The position numbers were made by a program, and so were the translations under genes. A stretch of DNA of 64,000 nt from an uncultured bacterium (GTDB lineage Bacteria; Chloroflexota; UBA5177; JANWHV01): assembly GCA_963729625.1 (NCBI GenBank), contig CAVSOU010000008.1, positions 256,001 through 320,000 of the forward strand. The letters are read 5' to 3'. The notes beneath the pieces are model-generated. The model made no database searches. It was not told the DNA's origin and was given only the letters and a program-made list of their open reading frames with translations. Below, one piece after another: positions 36,551 to 47,767 of the stretch (position 1 is the first letter of the stretch; each line of letters opens with the position of its first letter).

Positions 36551-37297
36551 ATGAGTAGCCTGTTCCTGTTTATCTCGAGTTTCCTGGCCTCGGCCGTGGA
36601 AATGGTGGAAGCGCTGACGATCGTCCTTGCCGCCGGTGTCACACGTGGCTGGCGGTCTTCGCTCATCGGCGTGGCGGCGGGCCTCGCGGTGCTGTCCGTG
36701 ATCGTGGCCGTGCTCGGTCCCGCCCTCACCATCATCCCCATCGACGCGCTGCGACTGGTAGTCGGCGCTCTCCTGCTGACGTTTGGCATTCAATGGCTGC
36801 GCAAGGCAATCCTGCGCGCCAGTGGATATAAGCCGCTGCACGACGAAGCGGCGATCTTCGAGCGCCAGCGAGCCGCCGCCCTCGCCTCCAGCCCCGAGAT
36901 ACGCGCTGGACTGGACTGGTACGCCTTCACGCTTTGCTTCAAGGGCGTGCTGCTCGAAGGGCTCGAAGTGGCCTTCATCGTGGTCACGTTCGGGGCAAGC
37001 GCCAACAATATCTGGTTAGCGACAGTCGGCGCCGTGGCCGCCCTGGTCGTCGTGCTGGCCGGCGGCGTCGCCGTCCATGCGCCGCTTAGCCGGGTACCGG
37101 AGAACACGCTCAAGTTCGTCGTCGGCTTGCTGCTCAGCACGTTCGGCACCTTCTGGGCCGCCGAAGGAGCCGGCGCCGACTGGCCCGGGTCCGACGGCGC
37201 TATCCTGGGCATCCTGGCATTCTACGCGCTGGTTTCACTGGCATTCGTTCGCACCCTCGAGCGCCGCCGTGCGCTTCGGCTCAGCGTGGCGGCATAG
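36551..37297 (+). CDS. COG4280/GDT1-like membrane protein, possible cation transporter
   Basis: Duplicated VEMVEALTIV / LEGLEVAFIV motifs, 6-7 TM helices. Confidence 0.8.
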   Translation: MSSLFLFISSFLASAVEMVEALTIVLAAGVTRGWRSSLIGVAAGLAVLSVIVAVLGPALTIIPIDALRLVVGALLLTFGIQWLRKAILRASGYKPLHDEAAIFERQRAAALASSPEIRAGLDWYAFTLCFKGVLLEGLEVAFIVVTFGASANNIWLATVGAVAALVVVLAGGVAVHAPLSRVPENTLKFVVGLLLSTFGTFWAAEGAGADWPGSDGAILGILAFYALVSLAFVRTLERRRALRLSVAA

Positions 37298-37307
37298 GGT
37301 AACGCAC

Positions 37308-37508
37308 ATGACCTTCCTGAAGAACTTCGGACTCTTCTGGTACGACTTCATCGTCGGCGACGACTGGACAATCGCCGCGGCCGTCGTAGTCACGCTGGCG
37401 GCGGTAGGGCTCCTGGCGCATCAGCACGTAACCGTCTGGTGGCTCCTTCCCCTCGTCGTTCTCGCCTTCCTTGGCATCAGCCTCAGGCGTGCCACCGACC
37501 ACACCTGA
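37308..37508 (+). CDS. Small membrane protein
   Basis: FWYDFIVGDDW plus two TM helices, immediately after the COG4280-like gene. Confidence 0.7.
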   Translation: MTFLKNFGLFWYDFIVGDDWTIAAAVVVTLAAVGLLAHQHVTVWWLLPLVVLAFLGISLRRATDHT

Positions 37509-37542
37509 CAGCCTGCCGACCGGTTTGTCGACCACGACTACC

Positions 37543-37588
37543 GCAACGAGAAGGCCCGGCGATTCGGATCGCCGGGCCTTCTCGTTGC
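37543..37588. terminator. Bidirectional hairpin terminator
   Basis: Perfect 21-bp stem with a TCGG loop between convergent genes. Confidence 0.75.
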
Positions 37589-37696
37589 CTGGATAGCGGA
37601 TTCCCGGGGTATCCTGCCCTTCATCCGGCCGCAGCCGGCCTTCGTGGCCTACACGGCCGCAGCCGGCGGTCACTCATGGCCCGCACCGCGGTCCTC

Positions 37697-39274
37697 TTAC
37701 TTCACCGTGTAGGTCGCCTGATAGCCGCCCATGGGCGAGGGATACATCTCTATGTTCGCCGATCCGGCCATCGCCGTCACCTGCAGCTTATACGTGCCGG
37801 ACGGCAGCGCCGACTTGGGTGTCAGCGAGACCTGCGAAGTTCCACCGCTGGTCAGCATGGCTGGTCCCAGCATCTGTGCCGTCCCGCCGCTCGTGGGCGT
37901 GAGATTGATCAGCACCATCGAGCCCGCCGGCAGCGCCGACGCGAACGTCACGGTCACGCTCTGGGTCGGAGAGATCGTGGCCCCTGGAGCCGGTGTGATG
38001 CTCTTGATTGCCGGAATACTACCCTTCGTGAAGACGCCGCCAGGCAACGCGCCCGATGCCGTCCGCGAGAGCGCGGCCGAAGGTTTCTGGTACACCGTGA
38101 CCATGCCCGTGTCGCCTGTGCCATAGGTGGTCTTGATCCCGGCGCTGCAGACCTTCAGATCGACCGGGCCGGACACCGTACCCTGCGTCTGGTCCTCCTC
38201 GACGGTCTTCGAGAGATCACTCTTCGCCGCGTTCGCATTTGCGCACTGGCCGGTGGTGGAACTGGTCGACGGCGTGCCGTCGAACACGAGGTCGGCCGTG
38301 CCCAGTGCTCCGCTGTAGTTCAGCGTCGCCACGTGGCCGCCGCCGGTCGTCAGGGCACTCGCCGGCGCGCCGTTGTCGCTGGCCATCTGCATGACCGACT
38401 GCAGCCCGACCTCGACGTTCATCGACTTCGACTGGCCGACAGTGACGGTGGTCGTCGTGCCCCGCTTCGTGCCTATTACCATCAGCGAAGTCATTGGCTG
38501 CTTGCTGCCACCTGAGGACGCGCTCGGCAAGCCGCTCAGGTACTTGATCGCGCTGACGGACGCGTAGTAGACGACCGTGTCCTGAGACTCGCTGACGTTC
38601 GAGACATACTCGCTGTCCAGATTGGCAGTGCCGCTGACGGTCACGCCCGTGGCTCCGTCGCACGGATACGGCAGGTCGATGGTCGCCGTGGCAGTGGCCT
38701 GCACTTCAGTCAATTTGCTTGCCTTCGTACCATGACACGGATCGGCCGCGATGGTGATCGGCTTGGACGACAGGTACGTCCAGTCGATCACGATGTGATT
38801 CTTGATCGTGTTCTTCGGAACGCTCTTGTCGTACAAGATCGTCCCGGTATCCAGCACCGCGTAATAGGGGAGCGCGCTGCTGATCTTCGTCTGGCCCTTC
38901 GGCGCTATCGTCAGCACCGGCGCCGACGACGGCACACGGAAGCTATAGCTGCCTGTGCTCGAGTAGCCAGCATTCGACGTGCTGACAACCAGATCTACGG
39001 GCTCGTGCTTACCATTGCTCACGTCGTCCGTCGTGTCCGCTTCCTTTGAGACGTACAGGTATACGTGGCCGACAACCGTTTTGTTCTTGTCGACGACGTC
39101 GCCTTGCAGATGGGTGCTAAACGCCTTCGTCATGTCGAGCTGGGCCGCCGCCCCGGCCAGCACGACCCTGCTGCCGGCCTGAGACGCCAGCGCGGTCGTG
39201 TGCATGGGCACCGCCATGCTCGCGGCAGTCAGCAGCGCCAGCGCGCCTACGCGAAGAGATCCGAGCCTAGTCAT
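37697..39274 (-). CDS. Secreted Ser/Thr-rich protein with a C-terminal Ig-like domain
   Basis: Signal peptide; SITPAPGATI...VTVTF...LPSGTYKLQV Big/CopC-like end. Confidence 0.7.
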   Translation of the reverse strand: MTRLGSLRVGALALLTAASMAVPMHTTALASQAGSRVVLAGAAAQLDMTKAFSTHLQGDVVDKNKTVVGHVYLYVSKEADTTDDVSNGKHEPVDLVVSTSNAGYSSTGSYSFRVPSSAPVLTIAPKGQTKISSALPYYAVLDTGTILYDKSVPKNTIKNHIVIDWTYLSSKPITIAADPCHGTKASKLTEVQATATATIDLPYPCDGATGVTVSGTANLDSEYVSNVSESQDTVVYYASVSAIKYLSGLPSASSGGSKQPMTSLMVIGTKRGTTTTVTVGQSKSMNVEVGLQSVMQMASDNGAPASALTTGGGHVATLNYSGALGTADLVFDGTPSTSSTTGQCANANAAKSDLSKTVEEDQTQGTVSGPVDLKVCSAGIKTTYGTGDTGMVTVYQKPSAALSRTASGALPGGVFTKGSIPAIKSITPAPGATISPTQSVTVTFASALPAGSMVLINLTPTSGGTAQMLGPAMLTSGGTSQVSLTPKSALPSGTYKLQVTAMAGSANIEMYPSPMGGYQATYTVK

Positions 39275-39467
39275 CGAAGCATCCTTTCATCATGAGTGCT
39301 CGCTGAGCAGCATTGGCCTGTGCAGGTTCTGTTCGCGGGATCCCCGGCCCTCCTTTCCGATTCGGGCTGTCTCCGACTGGGTGCTGAATCGCCCGCCCGA
39401 TAACCAGGCGCCTCGATCTCACCGCCCCGGCTCGCCGGCCGTCGTGCGCAGAGGCCGAGTCCGGGCG

Positions 39468-39692
39468 TCACGCATCCGGCTCCTCGCCAGGTTGGTCTCC
39501 GATAACCCGCTCCTCCCCTGCAGCCTCGCTGTCCCGCACTGCCTGTCTCAAGTAGTCGAGCATTGCATCGGGATCGCGGAAGCGGCGCTGCTCCGATTCA
39601 TCCTGCATACACTGCACGCGCCCGGCCCACTGCCGCCCGTTGCAGCCGGTACCCGTCCACACGCGCACGAGATACGAGCGATACTGAGCAAT
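39468..39692 (-). CDS. Small hypothetical protein (YRSYLVRVW family)
   Basis: YRSYLVRVW...WAGRVQ...RRFRDPDAMLDYL; strong RBS precedes an ATT codon. Confidence 0.5.
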   Translation of the reverse strand: MAQYRSYLVRVWTGTGCNGRQWAGRVQCMQDESEQRRFRDPDAMLDYLRQAVRDSEAAGEERVIGDQPGEEPDA

Positions 39693-40178
39693 GGGCGTCC
39701 CTCCTTCACTTCAACACGCTGTATCGTTGCCGTCACGTCCGCGCCTGCATCTCCCTGCTGTGCATCGGCGTCTGCGACCGCCTCGATACGATCGAGTCCG
39801 GCGCACGGTTCCGGGATCCGCGGGCGGGCGCGGCGCCCGATCTCCCTCGTGCACGTGGCCATCATACTCGGCCGGACTTGCACGCTTCTTGCACGTGTCC
39901 GAGGCGGCGTGCCTCAGGTAAGATGCGCGCATCTTGTGCTATCCTGGCACAATCTTGGGCAACAGGCTGGTTCGGGCCGAATTGGCCGCTTGCGATCGAC
40001 GGTCTACCGGATTTTGCTTGACGCACATAGCTGCACTTCATAGTGAAGCGATCATATCGCGGAGGAATCGGTCTCACGGATGTATTCGCCCGTCTTGCTG
40101 AGCGCGCCAGGATCGTCCCGGCGAGCCAGACTCTATGGGTGCCGGGCACCTGACTAACGAGGTGTGCTCTGCTGTTGG

Positions 40179-43100
40179 TCAGCCAAGTGCGGCAAGCAGC
40201 AGCTCTGTCTGCTCGAGGTCCTTGCGCGCTCCCAGGCGTCGGAAGATGGCCAGCGCCGCCTGGAGTCGTTCTCGCGCAGAGTTGACATCGCCGCGAGCCA
40301 GCTGCAGCCGGCCGTAGACCGCCAGCAGCCGCCCCTCACCGTGCGGGTAGGCCATCGCATGGGCCAGGGCCAGCCCCTCCTCCAGGGCGTCCGCCGCAGT
40401 CTGCACCGTTCCCTGTCGCAGGGCCACCAACGCCTGCACCCGCAGCGTGTCGACCAGCGCGCGCCGGCACTGCCCTGCCCGCTGCCGCCGCAGCGCCTCC
40501 GCGACCGTGCGCGCGGCCTGCTCGGCATGGCCTAGCTCCAGATAGGCCCAGGCCATCATCGGTAGCACGGGGCTGGTCACCAGCCACTCCTCCATGCCGT
40601 CCCGGTCCAGCAACGGCAGCAGGCGCGCAAGTGCCGCGTCGGGTCGCCCCTGCAGCAGGTCGAGTTCGGCCAGGCAACCCTGCGCTACGCGTTCCGTGAG
40701 GACATTTCCTGTGTTCCGCGCCCTGGCGCTGCACTGCTCCAGATAGCCGGCCGCCTGCTCCCATTCCCCTTCGGCCAGCAACAGACGGCCGGCTTCGAGC
40801 GGCGCTGCGGCATCATAGAAAGGTGCCCGTTCAGGAAGCTCCTGGAAGCGCTCGATGCAGGCGTGTGCCTCGCCCCACGCGCCGTTGAAGAAGGCTTGAG
40901 CCGTAAGCCTGATCAGGCCCATTCGCATAAGGATGGGATCACCAAGCCGTTCACCGTGCGCAAGCGCGCGGGTCGCGTGCTGCCTGGCCAGGTCAAGCTC
41001 GCCCCGTGCCTCGGCCAGCAATGCCAGATGCGCGGCCACCGATCCGGATACTTCGAGATCGCCCTCCGAGTCGGCCAGCGCACTGGCCTCCTGGTAGGCC
41101 GCCACAGCCTCCTCCAAACGTCCCAGCATCAGCAGCGCCCAACCGCGCGCCCACTCCGCCCGGGCGAGCAGCCCGTGATCACCGACCACGCGAGCGACTT
41201 CCGCCGCTCGCGTGGCTGCCGCCAGTCCCGCGGGATACTGCCCTTGATCTAGGTAGAGATTGGCCAGAGCACGGTAGAGCGCGGCCAGGCTCGCGGACGG
41301 CCCGACTGCCTTTAGCGATTCCAGCTGCGGCAGGAGGCGCTCGAGCCCCTCCCCCGGCGTTCCCTTACGATAATGCACGCGCCCGATCTGTGCCACCACG
41401 CGGCCCAGGCCTTCCACATCCCCGGCCAGGCGCAACGCTGCTGCTGCTTGCTCCAGCACCTCCAGCGCCCGCGTGAAGTGGCCGCTGGTGAGCAGGACCG
41501 CGCCCAGCTTCTCCAGTAGCCGCGCCGCCTCGACCGGGCGGCCCAGCCCGTCCAGGCGGGTGATCGCCTCCCGGTAGTATCCTTCCGCGGCGCCATGGGC
41601 CGCCTGGTCCCGCGCCGCGTCACCGGCTTGCTCCCAGTACGACACTGCTCGCTCCGGCACATCGCTGCGCCCGTAGTGGTAGGCCAGCACATCGGGTGGT
41701 GTAGCTTCGGGACGCCCCTCGAGCGCTTCGGCCGTCTGCCGGTGCAGCAATCGCCGCCGCGCCTGCCCCAGGTCGCTCTCCGCCACCTCGCGAATCACGT
41801 CGTGGACGAAGCCGTAGGCGTCGTCGCCCACCTCCTCCAGCAACCCGGCCCGGCAGGCCTGCTCCAGGGCCTCGATCACCTCTGACTCCGGGCGGGCCAG
41901 CACGCCCAGCAATAGCGCGCGCGGCGTCACCCGCCCGGCCACGGCTGCCGCGGCCAGCAGCGCCTGTCCCGCCTCCGGCAGCGCCCGTATCCGCCGCCGC
42001 AGACTCTGCCGCAGGTCCCAGGGCAGGCCCGCGGAGGCCGGCTCCGCACCGCCCTCGCCCTCCAGGCTTCTGGCGTAGCTCACCAAGAAGAAGGGCACGC
42101 CGCCCAGCCGCTGCACCATTTGCGCCGCCAGCGCCGGCGCCACCCGTTCCACATCGCCGCGCAGCGAGGCAAAGAGCTCCTCTGCCTCATGCTCGGCCAG
42201 CGGCCGGAGCGTCCGAAGAGTCACCAGCTGGGCCTCGGCCAGCTCGGCACAGGTGACGGCGAGGGGGTGGTCCACTGCCATGTCCGTGGCCCGGTAGGCG
42301 CCGATCACGCGCAGCGGCGGGCCGGCGGTACGCATGAGCGAGACCAGCAGCTCCAGCGCGTCGGCACCCGCCCATTGCAGGTCGTCCAGCACCAGCAAGG
42401 TACCTGCCGGCCCCGCCACGTTGGCCAGGAATCTGGCCACCGCCCGGAACAGCAGCCGGCGCTCCTGCTCGGGAGAGACGACCCAGTGCGGCAACGGCTC
42501 AATCGGTCCCTCGGCCAGCTCCGGCAGCAGGCGGACCAGCCAGGCACAGCCCTGCAGCTCGGTTCGCAGCTGGTCCGACGACCGGCTCCGCAGGTGCTGC
42601 TCCAGCGCCTCGAGCAGCGGGGCATAGGGCGCCTGACCGCCCTGTCGCTGGCAGCCGCCCGCTAGCACCCCCCAGCCTGCCGTAAGGGCCCGCTGCACGG
42701 CGTGCTGCAGCAGGCGAGTCTTGCCGATGCCGGGCTCCCCGGCCAGCAGGAGCGCAGGCGGTCCCTCGCCGGCCAGGTGCCGCGCCAGCAGACTCAGCTC
42801 CTGACCACGCCCCACCAGCACCAGGCCCGCAGCCTCCCGAGCGGGCACGCTGGCGGCCGCGGGTGCCATCGGCCCCACCGTGCCGGCTGGCCCGCGCCGG
42901 CGGGGCACGGCGGCCTCCAGGGTGGCGGCCTCGTGCGCGTCGAGGCCAAGAGCCTGCGTCAGCAGGCGCACGCTCTCGCGGTACGGCGCCTGCCGCAAGC
43001 CGCGCTCGTAGGCACTCACGGCCCGCACCGACAGGCTGGCGCGCTCGGCCAGCGCCTCCTGCGAGAGCCCGGCGGCGAGGCGGTAGCGTCTGAGCAGCGC

Positions 43101-43223
43101 GCCGAACGGCGGCTGCTGCGCCTGGGCATTCGAAGGGGCTGGCACTGACGTCCTCATCGCAGTCGGCAGGCTGGCGGCCGTCTCACGCGAGCGCGCAGGA
43201 CTGGGGCGGCGCTGCCGCCCCAT
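40179..43223 (-). CDS. XRE-HTH / STAND AAA ATPase / TPR regulator
   Basis: FGALLRRYRLAAGLSQEALAERA, GEPGIGKT, LDDLQWA, GGVPFF, FVHDVIRE, TPR repeats. Confidence 0.9.
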   Translation of the reverse strand: MGRQRRPSPARSRETAASLPTAMRTSVPAPSNAQAQQPPFGALLRRYRLAAGLSQEALAERASLSVRAVSAYERGLRQAPYRESVRLLTQALGLDAHEAATLEAAVPRRRGPAGTVGPMAPAAASVPAREAAGLVLVGRGQELSLLARHLAGEGPPALLLAGEPGIGKTRLLQHAVQRALTAGWGVLAGGCQRQGGQAPYAPLLEALEQHLRSRSSDQLRTELQGCAWLVRLLPELAEGPIEPLPHWVVSPEQERRLLFRAVARFLANVAGPAGTLLVLDDLQWAGADALELLVSLMRTAGPPLRVIGAYRATDMAVDHPLAVTCAELAEAQLVTLRTLRPLAEHEAEELFASLRGDVERVAPALAAQMVQRLGGVPFFLVSYARSLEGEGGAEPASAGLPWDLRQSLRRRIRALPEAGQALLAAAAVAGRVTPRALLLGVLARPESEVIEALEQACRAGLLEEVGDDAYGFVHDVIREVAESDLGQARRRLLHRQTAEALEGRPEATPPDVLAYHYGRSDVPERAVSYWEQAGDAARDQAAHGAAEGYYREAITRLDGLGRPVEAARLLEKLGAVLLTSGHFTRALEVLEQAAAALRLAGDVEGLGRVVAQIGRVHYRKGTPGEGLERLLPQLESLKAVGPSASLAALYRALANLYLDQGQYPAGLAAATRAAEVARVVGDHGLLARAEWARGWALLMLGRLEEAVAAYQEASALADSEGDLEVSGSVAAHLALLAEARGELDLARQHATRALAHGERLGDPILMRMGLIRLTAQAFFNGAWGEAHACIERFQELPERAPFYDAAAPLEAGRLLLAEGEWEQAAGYLEQCSARARNTGNVLTERVAQGCLAELDLLQGRPDAALARLLPLLDRDGMEEWLVTSPVLPMMAWAYLELGHAEQAARTVAEALRRQRAGQCRRALVDTLRVQALVALRQGTVQTAADALEEGLALAHAMAYPHGEGRLLAVYGRLQLARGDVNSARERLQAALAIFRRLGARKDLEQTELLLAALG

Positions 43224-43494
43224 AGGATCAGCGTAGCATCGCGCGCGCAAGAGTGATCGCGTGCGGCCAGCGCAGCCGCAACCGTGTGCGGCAACTGTGG
43301 GGGGCGAGCGTATGGAGTGTGTGTGGGACCCACCGGCCGACTTACCCAGACTGGAAGAGAGAGGCCCGCGGACCACGGGGCCTCAGGGCAAGCGCGGGAG
43401 GACGGAGGGTGGACGCGTACCAGCGTGCTGCGCACGGCATCCGGCGTGCGGTCCTGCCGGTGACGATGCGCCTGCAACCCGCCGGACAGGCCCG

Positions 43495-43956
43495 ATGAAG
43501 TTCTGCGCACTCATTTCTGCCCTTGCCGGACTGCTCGCGGGTGCCGGCATGCACCTCGGCCTGCCAGCGACGTCAGGCCCCGTGTATACGATCGCGCAGG
43601 TGGAGATTGGGCTGTTCCAGAACGCACCGGCCTGGACGGACAGGACCTTCCTGCTCCGCGGGACTGCCGTCCGGTATTCATGCCTCACCGGGCCCTGGAC
43701 CTGTGGTCCGCAGGACTTCCTGGTCGAGGATGCCGGGCCGGCGCCGCCGTCGGGCCCGCTGCCGCTCGCCGGATCGGACCATAACAGCGCGCTCGCCTTC
43801 CTGCTCCGGATCCCCTGGCTGCGTGGCCTGCTGCCCTGGAGCCCGGTGGTGCTCTGGGATGTGCCGGCCACATATCGTGTCCGCCTGCAACCTCTACCCT
43901 GCGGGACGATCAACCCCGGCTGCTACGAGGCTGTGCCCCAGTTTGCGGCACTCTGA
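43495..43956 (+). CDS. Hypothetical exported protein
   Basis: Hydrophobic N-terminus, 153 aa. Confidence 0.5.
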   Translation: MKFCALISALAGLLAGAGMHLGLPATSGPVYTIAQVEIGLFQNAPAWTDRTFLLRGTAVRYSCLTGPWTCGPQDFLVEDAGPAPPSGPLPLAGSDHNSALAFLLRIPWLRGLLPWSPVVLWDVPATYRVRLQPLPCGTINPGCYEAVPQFAAL

Positions 43957-44656
43957 ACGGGGTCGGGTCCTGCCCAGCCTCGTGCGGTCCCCAATACTGC
44001 GGATCGCCGGTCGCAAGCGGCCTTAACACATGCGCCCAAGTCGTTGTTCCGTTGAACTGCGAGGGCTCGGGCCAACTGAGCAGTGATGTAGCGCGTTGCC
44101 TGTCGTATGCGTATGCACCGCAATAGGCCCGGGTTGCAGGCCGTGCAGCTGTAGACAATAAGCGTGAGCCCGCTACAATGTGACGTACGGATGACGGCCT
44201 TCGGACTGGCCAGCCCCTGCGAGACGCCAGAACACTACCAGCGGCGCATGGCGGTGTGGTCGGCATGACCGTGAACGGAAGCGCGGCGAACGGGCAGTGG
44301 TCAGGAGTGTCTCGAATTCTGGCACGCGTGAGAAGTCCCGGATGCCCTGCGTGACCGGTGTGAGGTCCGTGCTCATGGGGGGCAAGCGGCTGTGGTCGAC
44401 TCGCAGGCGATCCCTACTGATCGATGAACGTGCGCGCCGCGCCCCCTGGGGAGATAGCCTGCATCGTGTCGCTTTCCTTCGCTGGCGTTCGGCGCTATGC
44501 CATCTGACTGCCCGCGCGTTCCCGCCGCGCATCCTCCCCCCGTGTGGGCCATCACCTCCCGCCTCAATGTGCCGGTCCACTCGTCTGCACCGCACGTGCT
44601 CGATATGGTCCGGTCTGCTAGCCTGGTGGAAGAGACGCACAGCCGTGAGGTGAACC

Positions 44657-47600
44657 ATGCCGCCCGTACCATCGCGCCCGTTTGGTTCCCTGCTCAAGGA
44701 GTACCGGATGGCAGCCGGGCTGACGCAGGAGCTCCTGGCCGAGCGTGCCGGTCTGGGCGTGCGCAGCATTCAAGCGCTCGAGCGCGGCCAGAGCCAGCCG
44801 CAGCGTGACACGCTGCACCGGCTTGCGAATGCGCTGGGCCTCCAGGACGATGACCGGGCCCGGCTCACCGCTGCCGGAGCGCCGGCCCCGCGCCGGCTCG
44901 TACCGGCCGGGGCGATCACCACTCCACCGCGCATGGCCAACGCACCGCCGGGCGAGCAGCACGCGGAACCGGCGATCACGCGTGCGCAGGGAGGGCTGCT
45001 CGGCGACGTACTGGCAACAGCTGGCGGAATGCGGGCCTGGTTCCCGCTTGCTGCTCAGGCTTCGCTGTTGGTCGGTCGCGCTCGCGAGCTGGCGCTGCTC
45101 GACCGGCATCTGGCTGGCGAAGGGCCGCCGCTCCTATTCCTCACTGGCCAGCCCGGTATCGGTAAGTCGCGACTCCTGCAGGAGGCTGTGCGGTGCGCCC
45201 AAGTGCGGGGTTGGTGCGTCCTGGCCGGCGGCTGCACACGCAGTGGCGGCCAACAGCCGTTTGCTCCAGTGCTCCAGGCGCTTCAGGGCTACCTCGCCCA
45301 ACGTGCGCCAGCCGAGCAGCGCGCGGATCTGCGCGGCTGCGCTTGGCTCGTCCGCCTGCTACCGGAGCTGGCTGGCACGACCGAGCCGCTCCCCGGCTGG
45401 CAGCTGCCGCCCGAGCAGGAGCGTCGCTTGATGTTCGACGCAGTGCGGCGCTTTCTAGCGAACGTGGCGGGCTCGGCGGGAACCCTGTTGTTGCTCGACG
45501 ATCTGCACTGGGCCGGCGCCGACGCGTTCGACTTGCTGGTCAGTGTGCTGCACCAGCCGCCCGGGGCGCCGCTGCGCGTGGTGGCCGCCGCCCGTGACAC
45601 TGATATCACGCCCGAGCATCCCCTCGGCATGACCCTTGCAGACCTGGCGGAAGCGCAGCTTGTGATGCTGCGGCCCGTACGCCCGCTGGCGCTCCAGGAA
45701 GCGGAGACGCTGTTCGTTCAGCTGTTGGGTGAGCGCCAGCAATCGGGAGCAGCCCTGGCCACGCGCGTGGCACAGTGGACCGGCGGTGTGCCCTTCTATC
45801 TGGTCAGCTACGCCAGGGGCTCGGAGGGCCAGGACGAAGTGGAGAGGTCTTCGCCAGGCGTGCCCTGGGATGTGCGCCAGAGCATCGTGCGGCGGATCAC
45901 TGCCTTGGCCGAGCCGGCGCGGGAGATACTGGCGGCGACGGCAGTGGTTGGGCGCGTGGCGCCACGCGCCCTGCTGCTGGCGGTGCTGGCGCAGCCGGAA
46001 CACGACCTGCTGGCTGCGCTCGAGACCGCCTGTCGGGCTGGGCTGATGGAGGAGGCAGGGGAGGACGCCTATGGCTTTGTCCATGACGTGATCCGGGATG
46101 TGGTGGAGGTCGAGCTGGGACTGGCGCGGCGCCGCGCGCTGCACCGGCAGGTCGCCGAGGCACTGGAGCGCACGCCTGTGGCTGCGCCGGTAGAGGCGCT
46201 CTCGTACCACTTCCGGCAAGCAGGCGAGCCCGCGCGTGCCGCCGTGTACCTGGAGCAGGCAGGCGACCAGGCGGCGGTGCAGTTCGCCCATGCTGCGGCG
46301 GCTGACCATTATCGGGAGCTGGTAACCTGCCTGGAAGGCCAGGGACGTGAGCCCGACCTCCAACGCTCCCGCGAGAAGCTGGGCGGTGCCCTGGTGCACA
46401 TGGCGCAGTACGACGAAGCGCTCGTGGTGCTCGACGAGGCGGCAGGCTCGTACCAGCGGGTGGGTGACCTGACGGGGCTAGCCCGGGTCGAGGCGCAGAT
46501 CGCCGGCATGTTCACCGCAAAGGGTGCCTTTCCGGCAGGTATAGCACGTTTACGACCGGTCGTGGAGGCGTTGGAAGCCGGCAGCCCCTCTGCCGAGAAG
46601 GCCACGGCGCACCTCTGGCTGGCCCAGCTCTTGGTGGTGAATGGCCAGCCGGACAGCGGCATGGCACAGGCGAGTCGTGGGGAGGAGATCGCGCGTGCCG
46701 CGGCCGATCGTCCTCTCGTGGCGCTCGCGCTCGCGGTCCGCGCGCACGCCTGCATGATGGCGAGCCTTGCCGACGAAGCCCTGCGGGCTGCCGAGGAGGC
46801 CGACGCACTGGCTGGACCCGAGGACAATTGGTGGCCATGCCACATGCTGGCCTGGACCTATGAAGAGCGCGGCGAGTACGAGCGAGGCAGAGTGGTCGCA
46901 GAACGCCTGCTCGCACGCGTGGAACGCGCACACGACCTTGTCGGCATCATCCCCACGATGAGCCGGCTGGGTCTGGACGCCTTCCTGAGCGGCGACTGGG
47001 CCGCCGGCCGCGCCTATTTGGAACGCGGCCTGGCAGTCGCCCATCAGCTGGGCCTTACAGTCGGGCACACCTACACGACACCTCGCCTCGATCTGGGGCG
47101 CCTCCTGCATGCCGCGGGTGAATTGGACGAGGCGGCGGCGTACTTCGAGGAGGTGCTTGCTGCCTTTGCTGGCACCGGCGAGCGGCTACAGACACTCGTG
47201 GCCCACGGCCATCTCGCCGAACGCGACGTGCTGGCCGGGCGGCCCGAGGCGGGCTGCGCGCGCCTCCTCCCACTGCTCGACCAGCCGGGCCAGGAGGAGC
47301 GCATGGTGACGCACTTCATTCTGCCGGTGCTTGCCTTGGCGCAGCTCGAGGCAGGCCAGATCGACCAGGCTGCCAGTACGGTGCGCGAGACACTTGAGCG
47401 GGCGCGACTCGGCACATGCCGGCTCCCGTGGGCGCAGACGATGCGGGTGCAAGCCATGGTGCTGCTCGCGCAGAAGCGCTGGGACGAGGTCGAGCAGGCT
47501 GTAGAGGACGGCCTGGTGCTGACACGGAGCATGCCGTACCCGCACGGCGAGGGCCGCCTTCTCCATGTTTACGGCCGGCTGCATGTGGCGCGCGGGGAAA

Positions 47601-47767
47601 CGGAGTCCGCGCGCGCGCGGCTGGAGGCAGCGCTGGCCATCTTCCGGCGGCTGGGAGCGCGCATCGACAGCGAGCGTGCCGAGCACGACCTACGGGGTCT
47701 GCAGCCGCCGTCACACGCCGTGCCGCTGGCCGACACGCCGCCCGGCAAGGTAACTGCGCAGGAATGA
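44657..47767 (+). CDS. XRE-HTH / STAND AAA ATPase / TPR regulator, paralog of 40179-43223
   Basis: FGSLLKEYRMAAGLTQELLAERA, GQPGIGKS, LDDLHWA, TPR repeats; GAGGTG RBS. Confidence 0.9.
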   Translation: MPPVPSRPFGSLLKEYRMAAGLTQELLAERAGLGVRSIQALERGQSQPQRDTLHRLANALGLQDDDRARLTAAGAPAPRRLVPAGAITTPPRMANAPPGEQHAEPAITRAQGGLLGDVLATAGGMRAWFPLAAQASLLVGRARELALLDRHLAGEGPPLLFLTGQPGIGKSRLLQEAVRCAQVRGWCVLAGGCTRSGGQQPFAPVLQALQGYLAQRAPAEQRADLRGCAWLVRLLPELAGTTEPLPGWQLPPEQERRLMFDAVRRFLANVAGSAGTLLLLDDLHWAGADAFDLLVSVLHQPPGAPLRVVAAARDTDITPEHPLGMTLADLAEAQLVMLRPVRPLALQEAETLFVQLLGERQQSGAALATRVAQWTGGVPFYLVSYARGSEGQDEVERSSPGVPWDVRQSIVRRITALAEPAREILAATAVVGRVAPRALLLAVLAQPEHDLLAALETACRAGLMEEAGEDAYGFVHDVIRDVVEVELGLARRRALHRQVAEALERTPVAAPVEALSYHFRQAGEPARAAVYLEQAGDQAAVQFAHAAAADHYRELVTCLEGQGREPDLQRSREKLGGALVHMAQYDEALVVLDEAAGSYQRVGDLTGLARVEAQIAGMFTAKGAFPAGIARLRPVVEALEAGSPSAEKATAHLWLAQLLVVNGQPDSGMAQASRGEEIARAAADRPLVALALAVRAHACMMASLADEALRAAEEADALAGPEDNWWPCHMLAWTYEERGEYERGRVVAERLLARVERAHDLVGIIPTMSRLGLDAFLSGDWAAGRAYLERGLAVAHQLGLTVGHTYTTPRLDLGRLLHAAGELDEAAAYFEEVLAAFAGTGERLQTLVAHGHLAERDVLAGRPEAGCARLLPLLDQPGQEERMVTHFILPVLALAQLEAGQIDQAASTVRETLERARLGTCRLPWAQTMRVQAMVLLAQKRWDEVEQAVEDGLVLTRSMPYPHGEGRLLHVYGRLHVARGETESARARLEAALAIFRRLGARIDSERAEHDLRGLQPPSHAVPLADTPPGKVTAQE

